NCBI GenBank assembly: GCA_965223545.1
Contig: OZ245006.1
Location: forward strand, 3,168,001-3,232,000
Direction of reading: 5' to 3'
DNA: 64,000 nt
Source of the DNA: Planctomycetota bacterium
GTDB taxonomy: Bacteria; Planctomycetota; UBA1135; UBA2386
Positions 18,429 to 29,360 of the stretch are shown in pieces (the first letter of the stretch is position 1; each line of letters starts with the position of its first letter). The notes under the pieces were generated by a model. The model searched no databases. It saw only the letters and a program-made list of their open reading frames with translations, and was not told where the DNA came from. Both the position numbers and the translations under genes were made by a program.

Positions 18429-19322
18429 CGAGGCAGCGCGCACGGTGCGCACCAACGCGAGCGCTGCGGCGGCCGCCCGGCTCGCGCTCCGTCCGGGGGC
18501 GCGGATCACCGAGAGCGTCCGGCTCAGCTCCAGGTCGTCGATGTCGCGCGCGATCAGCCGGCCGGCGCTCACCTCCTCGCGCACGGTGAGGCGAGACAGC
18601 ACGCTGACGCCGTGGCCAGCGGCGACGAAGGCCTTGACCGCATCCGTCCCCTCCAGCTCCATCGCGGGTTGCAGCTGCATGCCTTTGGCGGCGAACGCCC
18701 CTTCGACGACTGCTCGGGTTCCCGAGCCCTCCTCGCGCGCCAGATAGAGCTCCTGGCAGAACGCGGCGGCGGTGAGCGGTGCGCCGCGCGCCCAATCGTG
18801 CCCAGGTGCGGCGACTGCCACCAACCGGTCGCGGGCGAACTCGCGCGCGCGCACCGCCGGATCGCGCTGCGGTCCCTCGATCAGGCCGAAGTCGAGCGAG
18901 CCGTCGAGCACCCGCGCCTCGATCTCGGCCGTATTGCCGATCGCGACGTGCACCGCGATCGCCGGGTGCGCCCGGCGCAGCCGGCGCAGCAGGTCGGGGA
19001 CCAGGTAGACGCCGATGGTCGAGCTGGCGCCGAGGGCGAGCTGGCCTTCGCGCAACTCGCGATGCGCGGCCAGCGCGTCCAGTAGCCGCGCGTGCAGCGC
19101 TTCGATGCGCTGGGTGTACTCGAACAGCAACCGACCGGTCGCGGTGGGTTGCATGCCCCGCGGCAGGCGGTCGAAGAGCGGTTCGCCGACGGCTCGCTCG
19201 AGGGCGGCAACCTGCTTGGACACGGCCGGCTGCGAGATGTGCAGACGCTGCGCCGCCGTGCCGACACGGCCGGCGGCAGCGACGGCATCGAAGACGGCGA
19301 GGTGGTGGCGGTTGAGGTGCAC
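18417..19322 (-). CDS. LysR family regulator (YeiE/CysL-like)
   Basis: HTH AAQRLHISQPAVSKQVAALE, GASSTIG, REEGSGTR. GTG start at 19322. Confidence 0.92.
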   Translation of the reverse strand: MHLNRHHLAVFDAVAAAGRVGTAAQRLHISQPAVSKQVAALERAVGEPLFDRLPRGMQPTATGRLLFEYTQRIEALHARLLDALAAHRELREGQLALGASSTIGVYLVPDLLRRLRRAHPAIAVHVAIGNTAEIEARVLDGSLDFGLIEGPQRDPAVRAREFARDRLVAVAAPGHDWARGAPLTAAAFCQELYLAREEGSGTRAVVEGAFAAKGMQLQPAMELEGTDAVKAFVAAGHGVSVLSRLTVREEVSAGRLIARDIDDLELSRTLSVIRAPGRSASRAAAAALALVRTVRAASLPE

Positions 19323-19331
19323 GGAGCCAAT

Positions 19332-19346
19332 ATAACTGTTGGTTAT
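19332..19346. promoter_or_regulatory. LysR recognition box (T-N11-A)
   Basis: ATAAC-tgttg-GTTAT inverted repeat between the divergent lysR and yeiH-like genes. Confidence 0.7.
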
Positions 19347-19412
19347 CTCAGATGTTCCCTGTTGGTCTTTGTGGAATGCCACGGCACCGCCGATGCTCCC
19401 TCGACGTTCGCC

Positions 19413-20336
19413 ATGTGCCACTTCGCAAGCTCCACGATCCTCGCCGGAACCATCTTCTGTGCCGTGCTTTGTGTCAGCCCCGCCGCGGCCCTCGGGCTCG
19501 GGGCCGCGGCGGCCTGGGGCTGTTCGGCACAGAGCGGACCGGGCTTCGCGCGGCTGCGCCAGCTCCTGCTCCAGGCGGGCGTCGTCGGCCTGGGGCTGGC
19601 CGTCGACCTCGGCGAGCTGGCCAGCGTCGGCGCGCACGGGCTCCTGGTGGCCGCCGGGGGAATCGCGCTCACCCTCGTGTCCGCCCGATGGCTGGCGCGC
19701 CGGCTGGGTGTCGACCCCGTCGCCGGCCTGCTGATCGGCTGCGGCACCGCGATCTGCGGCGGCTCCGCAATCGCTGCGGTCAGCGCCGCGGTCCGCGCCC
19801 GTCACGACGCGATCGGCACCGCCCTGGCGGTGGTCTTTCTGTGGAACGCCGTCGCACTGCTCGTGTTTCCGTGGTGCGGCACCCGGCTCGAGCTCGATCC
19901 CGACGCGTTCGGCCGATGGGCCGGTCTCGCGATCCACGACGTGTCTTCGGTCGTCGGCGCCGCGATGGCCTACTCCGAGGATGCGCTGCCCACCGCGACC
20001 ACGACCAAGCTGTCGCGCACCCTGTGGATTCTGCCGCTGACGCTGGTCGCGGCCGGCATCGTCCGGCGGCGCAGCCCGGACGCCAAACAGTCCAGAGTCG
20101 CGGTGCCCTGGTTCATCGTGCTGTTCGTCCTGGCCTCCGCCGTGCGGACGGCCAACCCGGAGCTCGCGGCGATCGACGGCGACATCATCGCCGCGGCGAA
20201 GGCCGTGCTGACCGGGGCGTTGTTCCTGGTCGGCGCCGGCCTCGACCGCCGGTGTCTGCGGCAGATGGGCTTTCGGCCCCTGCTGCTGGGCGCCGCACTG
20301 TGGCTGGTGGTGGGCGTGAGCTCGTTGTTGGTGTGA
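19413..20336 (+). CDS. YeiH family (putative sulfate exporter) membrane protein
   Basis: GTAICGGSAIAA, WAGLAIHDVSSVVGAA, KLSRTLWILP. Confidence 0.9.
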   Translation: MCHFASSTILAGTIFCAVLCVSPAAALGLGAAAAWGCSAQSGPGFARLRQLLLQAGVVGLGLAVDLGELASVGAHGLLVAAGGIALTLVSARWLARRLGVDPVAGLLIGCGTAICGGSAIAAVSAAVRARHDAIGTALAVVFLWNAVALLVFPWCGTRLELDPDAFGRWAGLAIHDVSSVVGAAMAYSEDALPTATTTKLSRTLWILPLTLVAAGIVRRRSPDAKQSRVAVPWFIVLFVLASAVRTANPELAAIDGDIIAAAKAVLTGALFLVGAGLDRRCLRQMGFRPLLLGAALWLVVGVSSLLV

Positions 20337-20398
20337 GCGCGGGCGGCGGATTGCGGCGCGGAGCGAGAAAATCGAGCCGGACTCCGTACTTTCGCGGG

Positions 20399-21511
20399 AT
20401 GCGGATTCTGCTGGTGGCTCTGTTCTTGTCGGGGGCATTGGGGGCGCAGCGGGGAGGCGCCGAGCCGGCCGACACCGACAACGTCAAGCGCTTCGCCCTG
20501 CAGTCGCGCTTGTTGACCGAATTCTGGGGGCGGGCGCAGGAGATGCGTGCGGGCGTCGTGCTGCCTCCCGACCACCGCACAGACGAGCGTCTGCCCGTGT
20601 GCTACTCGATCCACGGCTTCGGCGGCTCGCACCGCTCCGCGTGGCGCGTCGGGCCGCGGCTGGTCGAGGCGATGGCTACGTCCGACTACCCGCGCATGCT
20701 GTACGTATTCCTCGACGCGAGCTGTCCGCTCGGCCACCACGTGTTCGCCGACTCGGTGAACAACGGACCCGTGGGCCGCGCGCTGATCGAGGAGCTGATT
20801 CCGGCCCTCGAAGCCGAGTACGGGGGGTGGGGCGCAGCCGAGGGTCGCTTCTTGACCGGTCACTCGAGCGGCGGCTGGAGCAGCCTGTGGCTGCAGGTCA
20901 CGTACCCCGATCAGTTCGGCGGCGTGTGGTCCACGGCGCCGGACTCCGTCGACTTCCGCGATTTCACCGGCATCGACGTGTACCGGTTCGACAACGCCTA
21001 CCAGACGCCGGACGGCGAGACGATCCAGCTGGTGCGGCGCGACGGCGAGTGGGTGATGTCGCTGAAGGAGTTCGCCCAGCGCGAAGTGCAGCGCCGGGCG
21101 TACGGCGGCCAGTTTGCCAGCTTCGACGCGGTCTTCAGCCCGCGCGGCGAGGACGGGCGCCCGCTGCCGATGTTCGACCGCGACACGGGGGCGATCGACG
21201 CAGACGTCGCCCTGGCCTGGCAGAAGTACGACATCACCAAGGTGGTGCAGCGCGACTGGTCCCGCCTGCAGTCGGCGCTCGCCGGCAAGGTGCGCGTCTA
21301 CATGGGGACGCTGGACACGTTCCGGCTCGAAGGGGCTCTGTATCTGTTCGACGCGGCGACGCGTGAGCTCGGCGCCGACTTCGAGATCGTGTTCGCCGAG
21401 GGCCGCGACCACGGCTCTGTGCTGCGCAGCCATGAGCTGTGGCCGAACGGCTTGATCGAGCACATCCACCGACAGATGCACGAGCGCTTCGCGCAGGTTC
21501 GCCCGCGTTGA
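20399..21511 (+). CDS. Secreted alpha/beta-hydrolase (putative esterase family)
   Basis: Signal peptide, nucleophile elbow GHSSGG, DSVNNGP, GRDH. Confidence 0.85.
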   Translation: MRILLVALFLSGALGAQRGGAEPADTDNVKRFALQSRLLTEFWGRAQEMRAGVVLPPDHRTDERLPVCYSIHGFGGSHRSAWRVGPRLVEAMATSDYPRMLYVFLDASCPLGHHVFADSVNNGPVGRALIEELIPALEAEYGGWGAAEGRFLTGHSSGGWSSLWLQVTYPDQFGGVWSTAPDSVDFRDFTGIDVYRFDNAYQTPDGETIQLVRRDGEWVMSLKEFAQREVQRRAYGGQFASFDAVFSPRGEDGRPLPMFDRDTGAIDADVALAWQKYDITKVVQRDWSRLQSALAGKVRVYMGTLDTFRLEGALYLFDAATRELGADFEIVFAEGRDHGSVLRSHELWPNGLIEHIHRQMHERFAQVRPR

Positions 21512-23076
21512 CACCCCACGCCGCCTCGGTCGGTGTGCGCTGGTGGCCGGCGGCGTTGATCGCGGGCAGTGCGCTCCTCGCGATCGCGGTGCTCCAGCTC
21601 GGTGAGACGGACAACCAGCAGCGCGCCAACGTGCACAGCCTGGGCGTGGCCGCGCTTGCCGGAGCGTTGTTGTTGGTCTGGTTCGCGCTGTTCTCGCGCT
21701 GCTCGCGTCGCCTCCGGCTGCGATCCCTGGCCGGGCTGGCGGCCACAGGGGTCATCGCCTTCGCATCGCTGCGGGTGCGCGGCGTGACCGGCGACCTGCT
21801 GCCGATCTTCGAGTGGCGCTGGTCCACCCCCGCCGACGCACCGAATCCTCCGCCCCAAGCCGCCGTCACGGACGCGGAACGCACCGCCGAGATCGCCGGC
21901 CTGGCCGACTTTCCACAGTTCCTCGGCCCGGCGCGCAACGGTGTCCTGGGCGGCCCACGACTGGCGCGCGACTGGGCCGCGCAACCGCCCGAGCTTCTGT
22001 GGAGGCGCGCGACGGGCGCGGGCTGGTCGGGCTTCGCGGTCGCTCGCCACCGCGCGATCACCCAGGAGCAGGACGGCGACCACGAGGCCGTGGTCTGCTA
22101 CGACATCGGCACCGGCACCGAGCTCTGGCGCCACCGGCACCGCGCCCACTTCGCGTCGGCGGTGGGCGGCGACGGCCCCCGCGCCACCCCCACCATCGAT
22201 GTCGACCGGGTCTTTGCGCAGGGCGCGACCGGCGTGCTGCGCTGCCTCGCACTCGACACCGGCGCGCTGCTGTGGTCGCGCGATGTCGTCGCCGAGCACG
22301 GCGGCACCGTGCCCGAGTGGGGAGTCTCCGCCTCGCCGCTGGTATTGGCGGAGGCCGCTCCCGCGCACAGTCGCGTGTTCACGGCAGCCGGCGGACCGCA
22401 GCGATCCCTGGTGGCCCTGGCAGCCGACACGGGCGCGACGCTGTTCGGCGGCGGCGGCGATCCGGCACACTACTCCTCGCCGGTGCTCGCCCACCTCGCC
22501 GGACGAAGCCAGATCCTGCTGTTCAACGCCGAGGCCGTCGCCGCGCACGACCCCGGCGACGGCCGCGTGTTGTGGCGGTTCCCGTGGCGCCCCGGACACC
22601 CGCACGTCAGCCAACCGGTGCCAGTGGGCAACGACCGGGTGCTGGTGTCCAGCGGCTACGGCACCGGTGCCGCGCTGCTCCGCGTCACGCGCCGCGCTGA
22701 CGGCCTGGCCGTCGAACCCGTGTGGAAGAGCCGGGCGATGAAGGCGAAGTTCACCAACCTGATCGTCATCGACGATCACGTCTACGGACTGGACGACGGA
22801 ATTCTGGCCTGCGTCGCGCTGTCCAACGGCAAACGCGTCTGGAAGCGAGGTCGCTACGGGCACGGCCAAGTGCTGCGCGTCGGCGATCTGTTGCTGATCA
22901 ACACCGAGTACGGCGACGTCGTCCTCGTCGATCCGTCCACCGAGGGGCTGGTCGAACTCGGCCACTTCTCGGCCCTCGAGGGAAAGACCTGGAACCCCCC
23001 CGCGCTCGCCGGCACCCTGCTCCTGGTGCGCAGCGACACCGAAACCGCTTGCTATCGCCTCCCCACCGAACCGTGA
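21508..23076 (+). CDS. Membrane-anchored PQQ-like (BamB-type) beta-propeller protein
   Basis: Three N-terminal TMs, FPQFLGPARNG, repeated TG-x-x-LW blades, SSP motifs. Start codon uncertain. Confidence 0.85.
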   Translation: MTPHAASVGVRWWPAALIAGSALLAIAVLQLGETDNQQRANVHSLGVAALAGALLLVWFALFSRCSRRLRLRSLAGLAATGVIAFASLRVRGVTGDLLPIFEWRWSTPADAPNPPPQAAVTDAERTAEIAGLADFPQFLGPARNGVLGGPRLARDWAAQPPELLWRRATGAGWSGFAVARHRAITQEQDGDHEAVVCYDIGTGTELWRHRHRAHFASAVGGDGPRATPTIDVDRVFAQGATGVLRCLALDTGALLWSRDVVAEHGGTVPEWGVSASPLVLAEAAPAHSRVFTAAGGPQRSLVALAADTGATLFGGGGDPAHYSSPVLAHLAGRSQILLFNAEAVAAHDPGDGRVLWRFPWRPGHPHVSQPVPVGNDRVLVSSGYGTGAALLRVTRRADGLAVEPVWKSRAMKAKFTNLIVIDDHVYGLDDGILACVALSNGKRVWKRGRYGHGQVLRVGDLLLINTEYGDVVLVDPSTEGLVELGHFSALEGKTWNPPALAGTLLLVRSDTETACYRLPTEP

Positions 23077-23678
23077 TACTGCTGTACGACCACCCCGAAT
23101 CGGGCAACTGCTACAAGGTCCGCCTCCTGCTGGCGCAGTTGGGCATTCCGTTCGAGACGCAGACGGTCTCGGTCACCGGCGACCGCGATGCGCAGCGCGG
23201 CGAGACGTTCTTCGCACGCAACCCCATCGGCAAGATCCCGACGGTCGTCTTGGACGATGGCACCGTGCTCGCCGAGTCCACGGCGATTCTGTGGTACTTC
23301 GCCGAAGGCACGCCGCTGCTGCCAGCCGACCGGCTCGGCCGAGCGCGCGTACTGCAGTGGATGGCGTTCGAGCAGAACAATCACGAGCCGAACATCGCGA
23401 CGGCGCGCCACGCGGTCTCGCTGTCGGACGAGCAACCCGGTGAGGCGCAGCTCGCCGCGTGGCGTGCCGGGGGCAACCGCGCGCTGCGGGTCATGGAGCG
23501 CCACCTGCAGGGCAACGACTGGTTTGCCGCCGGCACCTACGGAATCGCCGACATCGCGCTGTACGCATACACGCACGTCGCCGAAGAGGGCCCGTTCGAG
23601 CTGGCCCCGTATCCCTCGGTGCAAGCCTGGCTGCAGCGGGTCGCCGACCGGCCCGGCCACGTCCCCCTCCGGCCGTGA
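23073..23678 (+). CDS. Glutathione S-transferase family protein
   Basis: SGNCYKVRLLL, NPIGKIP, ESTAIL, IADIALYAYTH. GTGA overlap with the upstream gene. Confidence 0.92.
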   Translation: MILLYDHPESGNCYKVRLLLAQLGIPFETQTVSVTGDRDAQRGETFFARNPIGKIPTVVLDDGTVLAESTAILWYFAEGTPLLPADRLGRARVLQWMAFEQNNHEPNIATARHAVSLSDEQPGEAQLAAWRAGGNRALRVMERHLQGNDWFAAGTYGIADIALYAYTHVAEEGPFELAPYPSVQAWLQRVADRPGHVPLRP

Positions 23679-23680
23679 CG

Positions 23681-26017
23681 TCAGCGCTCGTCGGTGGCGA
23701 CCCGGCACGAGCGACTGCCCAGCCACACGCCGACCATTTCGCCGAGGCCCTTGCGGCCGATCGGCTTGGCCAAGAAGTCGTCCATCCCGACGTCCATGCA
23801 CCGGCGTCGATCCTGCTCGGTGCTGCTCGCAGTCACCGCCACGATCGGCAACTCCGCGCTCGGCCCCGCCATGTTGCGAATGCGGCGCGTCGCCTCGAGC
23901 CCATCCATCTCGGGCATGTGGCAGTCCATAAAGACCAAGCCATAGTCGCAACCATCGCGGGTGAGCAGATCGAGCGCTTCGCCGCCGTGATTGGCAACGT
24001 CGGCATCGCAGCCGAGGGTGCGCAGCATCGCGACGATCACCTTTTGGTTGACCTTGTTGTCTTCGACCACGAGGACTCGGCCGCTCTTGGCCAGCGGCGT
24101 CAGCTGCGCGGCAGTCGCGGCTCCCTGCAGGGACATCGGACGCAGCAGGCCGTCGAGCTCGGCCGCCGCCAGCGGCGTTGCGAGGTCTTCCATGGCGACC
24201 CCGGACATGCGCACCGGGCGCTGCCCCAGCGGCTGCAGGCCGATGACCCGCGGTGGAGTGCGCCCCAGGGCAGCGACGAACTCCTCCTGCACCGCGCGGT
24301 CGCTCGCCATCACTGCCGACGCGTCGACGAACACGACATCCGCCCAGGCTGCCCGAACGAGCGTGCACGCCTCCGCCAGCCCCGCGAACGGCCGCACCCG
24401 CACACCCCACGAGGACAGCTGCCGACAGAGCGCCGCCCGCTGCACCGGGTGCGGCACGATGACCGCTGCGCTGTCGACGTCGAGCCCGTCCCAGGACCTG
24501 CGGACCTTGGTGTCTTTCGGCGGCGGCAGCTCGAGCGGCAAAGACAAGCGGAACTCGCTGCCCCGACCCACCTCGCTGTCGACGCGAATCTCGCCTCCCA
24601 TCAAACCGACGATCTGATGCGACACGGCGAGCCCCAACCCGGCGCCGCCGTAGCGGCGGGTCGTCGACCCATCGGCTTGCTGGAACGATGAGAACAACGC
24701 TTGGATCTCACGCTCCCCGATGCCGATGCCGGAATCGACGACGCGAATCTCGACGGCCACGTGCCGCTCATCATCGATCTGGTGGTCGACGGTGATCACG
24801 ACTTGGCCTCGCTCGGTGAACTTGACCGCGTTGCTGAGGATGTTCAGCAGCACCTGACGCAGGCGCGACGCGTCGGCCAGGAGAGCCGTGGGCAGATCCG
24901 GATCGATATCGACGGCCACGGCCACGCCCTTCTCGTGCGCGTCCCACGCCACCAGGCGTGCTGATTCCTCGACCAGCGCGCGGACGTCGGTCGGCTCGCT
25001 CTGCAGCTGCAGGCTGCCATTCTCCAGCCTGGACACGTCCAGGACGTTGCCCAGCAGGTCCAGCAGGCTCGCCGCCGAGTTGTGCACCATGCCCACCATC
25101 GTGCGCTGCTCGGAGCTCAGGCTCGTGTCCCCCAGCAGCTCGGACATGCCGAGGATCCCGTTCATCGGCGTGCGGATCTCATGGCTCATGTTGGCCATGA
25201 ACTCGCTCTTCAAGCGGTCCACTTCCCGCAGCCGGTGGTTCTGCTCGCGGATCGCCACGTAGGACGCCCGCAAGTTGTCACGCATCCGATCGAGCGACTC
25301 CGCCAAACGCACGAACTCGATCGAGTCCCCGGCGAACACGGCCTGCTCGAGGTCACCGGACCCCAATCGCGACGCGTGGGCCTCCAGCCGATGGAGCGGC
25401 CGCGAGACCAGAGCACGGAGTGACAGAATCAACACCAGGGCCAAGACGAAGAACGTCAGCGCCGCCTGCCAGATCACGCGCCGCTGGCTGGCGGACACCG
25501 GCCCGTCGACGACGCTGGTGGACAGGCCGAGGACGACCTCGCCAAGCGGGTAGTGATCCTCCGGAAACGAGTCCAGGGAGTGCTGACAGCCCTCACCGTT
25601 GTCGAGGCACACGACGCTGCGGTACTCGGCGACGCCGGCTCCGCCCCCCGGCTGCTGGCCCGCTTGAGCCACCACCGTGGCGTCATCCCGCAGGATGCGG
25701 ACGTAGCGCACGTCGTCGGCTCCACCGACGAGACTGTTGACGTTGCTCTGCAGCACGGGGTAGTCCCGCGAAAGCAGCGCCTCGCGGCACGAGAGCGCCG
25801 CGGTGCGCGCGATCCTCCGCCCCTGCTGGTCGAGCAGGTCGGCCATCGAGCGGCGCTGCGACTCGACGTTGTAGTAGCCGCTGGCGACCAGGAGCAACGC
25901 GAGCACGGCGACGATGCCGGCGCCGACGCGCATCGCGATGCTGTGTCGACGCGCCCGTCGCAGCAGAGCTTCGCGCAACCCGCCGAACATCACCGACTCA
26001 CCACCGGCCCCCGACAC
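23681..26017 (-). CDS. Hybrid sensor histidine kinase (TM-HAMP-HisKA-HATPase-REC)
   Basis: [12 protein letters not shown]-box, NAVKFT, DSGIG, GAGLGL, receiver VEDN…[11 protein letters not shown]. Confidence 0.95.
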   Translation of the reverse strand: MSGAGGESVMFGGLREALLRRARRHSIAMRVGAGIVAVLALLLVASGYYNVESQRRSMADLLDQQGRRIARTAALSCREALLSRDYPVLQSNVNSLVGGADDVRYVRILRDDATVVAQAGQQPGGGAGVAEYRSVVCLDNGEGCQHSLDSFPEDHYPLGEVVLGLSTSVVDGPVSASQRRVIWQAALTFFVLALVLILSLRALVSRPLHRLEAHASRLGSGDLEQAVFAGDSIEFVRLAESLDRMRDNLRASYVAIREQNHRLREVDRLKSEFMANMSHEIRTPMNGILGMSELLGDTSLSSEQRTMVGMVHNSAASLLDLLGNVLDVSRLENGSLQLQSEPTDVRALVEESARLVAWDAHEKGVAVAVDIDPDLPTALLADASRLRQVLLNILSNAVKFTERGQVVITVDHQIDDERHVAVEIRVVDSGIGIGEREIQALFSSFQQADGSTTRRYGGAGLGLAVSHQIVGLMGGEIRVDSEVGRGSEFRLSLPLELPPPKDTKVRRSWDGLDVDSAAVIVPHPVQRAALCRQLSSWGVRVRPFAGLAEACTLVRAAWADVVFVDASAVMASDRAVQEEFVAALGRTPPRVIGLQPLGQRPVRMSGVAMEDLATPLAAAELDGLLRPMSLQGAATAAQLTPLAKSGRVLVVEDNKVNQKVIVAMLRTLGCDADVANHGGEALDLLTRDGCDYGLVFMDCHMPEMDGLEATRRIRNMAGPSAELPIVAVTASSTEQDRRRCMDVGMDDFLAKPIGRKGLGEMVGVWLGSRSCRVATDER

Positions 26018-26032
26018 CGCTGCGCATGGCCG

Positions 26033-26929
26033 CTATCGTCCCCGCGGCGGGGTGGACGCGGTATCGCCGACCGCGAAGCGCTGTGCTCCCTGCATCCCGC
26101 GCCGCACGAGCGCGTAGTCCTCATCGGTCGCAACGGCAAAGCCCGAGACCTTGAGGGCCTTCAGGGCAGCCCGCGACTTGAGCGCCAGCAAGGCACTCTG
26201 CAGGGCCTTGTGGTGATCCGCCGGCAACCCGGCGCGCGCCACCCACGGCTTGGTGACGTTGTCGAATCGGTGCAGCACGCGGAGCGGCTGCTTGGCCTTG
26301 TTGAGCTTGGCGAACGTGCCTTCCTTGAGCGATCCGGCGTCGAAGTCGCCGAACTCGACAGCGCGGAACACCTTGTCGTGCCGCCCCAGATAGGCGCTCT
26401 TGCCGAGGTCGTTCTGGAACAGGTCCGCCTTCTGCAGCTCGTCCTGCACCAGGTAGCGGCCGATGGTCGAGTTCTCGTCGCCGAAGGCGAACGAGCGACC
26501 CCGCAGGTCGGCGACCGACTGGATCGGGCTGTCCGCCCGCACGACGATCATGCCTTGAAAGCGCTTCTTCCCACCCACGGTCTCCATCGCGACCAGCGAA
26601 ACCCGCGGGTTGCGGCGCTTGGCCAAGATGTAGGACGCCGGCCCGAAGCGCGCGAAGTCGACTTCGCCCTTCACCAGCGCATCCAGCCCCTGCTCGTACG
26701 AGCTGAAGATGCGGAGCTCGATGTCGGCCGGCCGTTCCAGGACCGCCGCCACCTCGTTCTCGAGCGCCTCGATGACTGGCCGGAACTTGCCGTACATCGC
26801 GCTCGGCTTGTCCGAGGTGTAGACCCCGAAGCTCAGCTGAACAACTCGCTGCTGGGCGTGGACGCCGCCCACCAAGAGGCCGGCGACGATCCCCAACGCG
26901 CCGACCGATCTGGTCACCATCGAATTCAT
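26033..26929 (-). CDS. PhnD/phosphonate-type substrate-binding protein
   Basis: Signal peptide, GEVDFARFGPASY, DLRGRSFAFGDENSTIG, GRHDKV. Confidence 0.85.
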   Translation of the reverse strand: MNSMVTRSVGALGIVAGLLVGGVHAQQRVVQLSFGVYTSDKPSAMYGKFRPVIEALENEVAAVLERPADIELRIFSSYEQGLDALVKGEVDFARFGPASYILAKRRNPRVSLVAMETVGGKKRFQGMIVVRADSPIQSVADLRGRSFAFGDENSTIGRYLVQDELQKADLFQNDLGKSAYLGRHDKVFRAVEFGDFDAGSLKEGTFAKLNKAKQPLRVLHRFDNVTKPWVARAGLPADHHKALQSALLALKSRAALKALKVSGFAVATDEDYALVRRGMQGAQRFAVGDTASTPPRGR

Positions 26930-27134
26930 AGCAGTACTCTCCTCGCTCGATCTGCTATCGACCCCCCCGTGCACAGCCTTGATGGAAGCGCCTCAGGATC
27001 GGACAGGTGCCCTCCCATCAGAGTGCGCGACGCGAGACTGCGGCGCGACCGCGAGCATCACACGTCGCGACTGGGGACGCCGAAACGCAGGTGCGATCGG
27101 TCGTTCTACATCGCCGCCGCGCTCCGACCGGTCT

Positions 27135-28397
27135 TCAGAACAGCCCGGTCATCAGCGGATTGGAGAGCCGAGCTCCCGCCGCCCCGGCGGTCCCCCCCTG
27201 GATGGCGAGCACCGCACCCGCAGCCGACGGAAAGTTCGGCACCGGGACGGCGATCGTCAGGTGTCGGGTCACACCGACGACACCGACCGGAACGGTGAAC
27301 GCCGAAGAGGGGTCGAGCCAGAACGAACCGAAGGGTGTCGACACCGGCGCGACGGCCGGGGCCGCGATCACCAGCGCGGCGGAAGCCCCCACCTGATCGA
27401 ACAAATCCAGCAACGCCGTTCCACCCGGCGGCGCCCCGAGCCCGGTGAGGGATGGCTGCGAGCGGACGATGACGCCCGCCGGACCGCCGATCGCGGCGGC
27501 ACCCCCTGCGGGGAGCAATACGACCTCTGGCGTCAATATCATCCTGCCGCTCTGCGCCAACAGAGCCACCGTGCCCGCCGGCGGCTGCGGGCCGAGGCCT
27601 GCGGCGAAGACGGTGTTGGCATCGCCGACGAGAACGAGCTCACCGCCGACCTGCGAGACCGCCGGCAGTGGGGGCAAGACCGTCGACGACACCGGGTCGA
27701 TGAAGCCGTCGCCACCACTGGCGAGACAGCGGGAGAGGTAGACGTTGCCCGAACGGACGACGACGCCTTCGCCGCCGGGCAAGAGCTGGCCGAGCACATT
27801 CGCACTGCCGGCGCTTCCGTCGAGCTGTCCGGACGCGATCGTCACCTCACTGTTGTCAACGTCGACCGCCGGCCAACCGCCAGCCACGGCACACGCCGTG
27901 ATCGAGACCATGGAGGATTGGTCGATGTCGATCCCACCCGCGCCGACCACTCCAGCCGGAAGGGTCCACGTGCTCGCCTGCAGCGTGACCCGCTCGATAT
28001 GCACGAACCCGCCGTTCTGCTGAATCCGCAACAACGGTCCGGGGTTGTTGGGGCGGTCATCGATCATCGTCACCCCGCACAGGCTCAGCCGCCTGCCGGT
28101 CGGAACGCCGGCGATGCGCAGAGGCCCTTGCACGATCGTCGAGGTCGCGCCCAGGATCGTCACCCCCTGCGACAAGGTGGTCACCGGTTGGCCCACTGGT
28201 GACGACCGATACGTGCCATTGCGCACGACAATGGTGTCACCGTGGGTCGCCACTGCAAAAGCGGGCGGCAGGTCCTTGAAGTGGAAACCCGGACCGCCGA
28301 TAGCATCGACGATCCACCGGCTCTGTCCGCTGATCACACAGCACAGCAGCTGGACTGCCAGCGCGCCGATCATCGGTCCTCGAGGCATGGTTCGCAT
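27135..28397 (-). CDS. Secreted beta-helix-like protein
   Basis: Signal peptide, WIVD…F.DL..A…GDTIVVRNGTY start typical of pectin-lyase-like proteins, Gly-rich beta repeats. Confidence 0.65.
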   Translation of the reverse strand: MRTMPRGPMIGALAVQLLCCVISGQSRWIVDAIGGPGFHFKDLPPAFAVATHGDTIVVRNGTYRSSPVGQPVTTLSQGVTILGATSTIVQGPLRIAGVPTGRRLSLCGVTMIDDRPNNPGPLLRIQQNGGFVHIERVTLQASTWTLPAGVVGAGGIDIDQSSMVSITACAVAGGWPAVDVDNSEVTIASGQLDGSAGSANVLGQLLPGGEGVVVRSGNVYLSRCLASGGDGFIDPVSSTVLPPLPAVSQVGGELVLVGDANTVFAAGLGPQPPAGTVALLAQSGRMILTPEVVLLPAGGAAAIGGPAGVIVRSQPSLTGLGAPPGGTALLDLFDQVGASAALVIAAPAVAPVSTPFGSFWLDPSSAFTVPVGVVGVTRHLTIAVPVPNFPSAAGAVLAIQGGTAGAAGARLSNPLMTGLF

Positions 28398-28496
28398 TTG
28401 CGCCCGAACGAGTCAGCCCGGATTAGACGAGGCCGATCCCGCCGGCACAACCCCTGGACGACGCCGCGCCCGGCGCGCCGCCGCGCGGGGCATGCA

Positions 28497-29336
28497 TCAT
28501 CGGGAGTTCACGTAGCCGACGCCGGGACGGTACTCCTGGGTCGCCAGCACCGCGCCTTGGTCCGAACGCACCTCGATGCGATCGATGAGACCGTCTTGGT
28601 CCGCGTCGATCATCGCCGCGCGTTCCGCACCCCGCAGCTCGACGAGCTCGTCCATGATCCCGTTCTGATCGCGATCGAACCAATGGGCCGCCTCGGCCCC
28701 GGATAGCGCGTAGGCCGTGAACCGCTCGTAGATGCCGTTCTCATCCTCGTCGAACGCGGTGAACCGCAGATTGCCCTGCCGGTCGTGGCTGTGCTGGCGC
28801 TCGATGATTCCGTCGCGGTCGACGTCGACCATCTCGTACGCAATCGCTCCATTGTGGGTCCACTCGCTCAACGAGCCGGTCTCGACGCTCCGCGTCTCCC
28901 AGAGCGGAAATCGCGTCGCGTGCGCCAGCGCAGTTTCCGACTTGGCCCACAGCGTCGCGAACACCAGCGCGACCCCGGCCAACGCCAGAGTCCACCCCCA
29001 CGGTCGCACCCCCCCACGCTCCGACGCGGATGCTCCCGCGGTCGCGGCTTCCTCTGCAGCCAAGGGCTCGTCGCCCAACTCGGCCGCCAGCTGCTCGCCG
29101 CTGCGCTTGGCCGCCGCCAGCGCCGCTTCGGCGTCGGCGACGCGGTCCGCGGGCACGCGCACCGAGACCCCTTGCTGGTTCATCAGGCGTTGGCTGACCG
29201 CGAACTCGTCGGCGAGCATGCCACCCCCGGGTACCAAGACCGGGATCTCCGCATCCTGCAGGACGGCGGCGATCACCTTGGCTTCGAAGGGCGTACGCGC
29301 CTGACGGAACTCGACGAACGACTCAGGTGATGCCAT
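28497..29336 (-). CDS. DUF2007-like domain plus TM plus DxDxDG-repeat protein
   Basis: EAKVIAAVLQDAEIP…VRVP N-domain, one TM, then DVDRDG, DEDENG, DRDQNG, DADQDG. Confidence 0.7.
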   Translation of the reverse strand: MASPESFVEFRQARTPFEAKVIAAVLQDAEIPVLVPGGGMLADEFAVSQRLMNQQGVSVRVPADRVADAEAALAAAKRSGEQLAAELGDEPLAAEEAATAGASASERGGVRPWGWTLALAGVALVFATLWAKSETALAHATRFPLWETRSVETGSLSEWTHNGAIAYEMVDVDRDGIIERQHSHDRQGNLRFTAFDEDENGIYERFTAYALSGAEAAHWFDRDQNGIMDELVELRGAERAAMIDADQDGLIDRIEVRSDQGAVLATQEYRPGVGYVNSR

Positions 29337-29360
29337 GGATGGAAACCCTGGAAAACGCCT

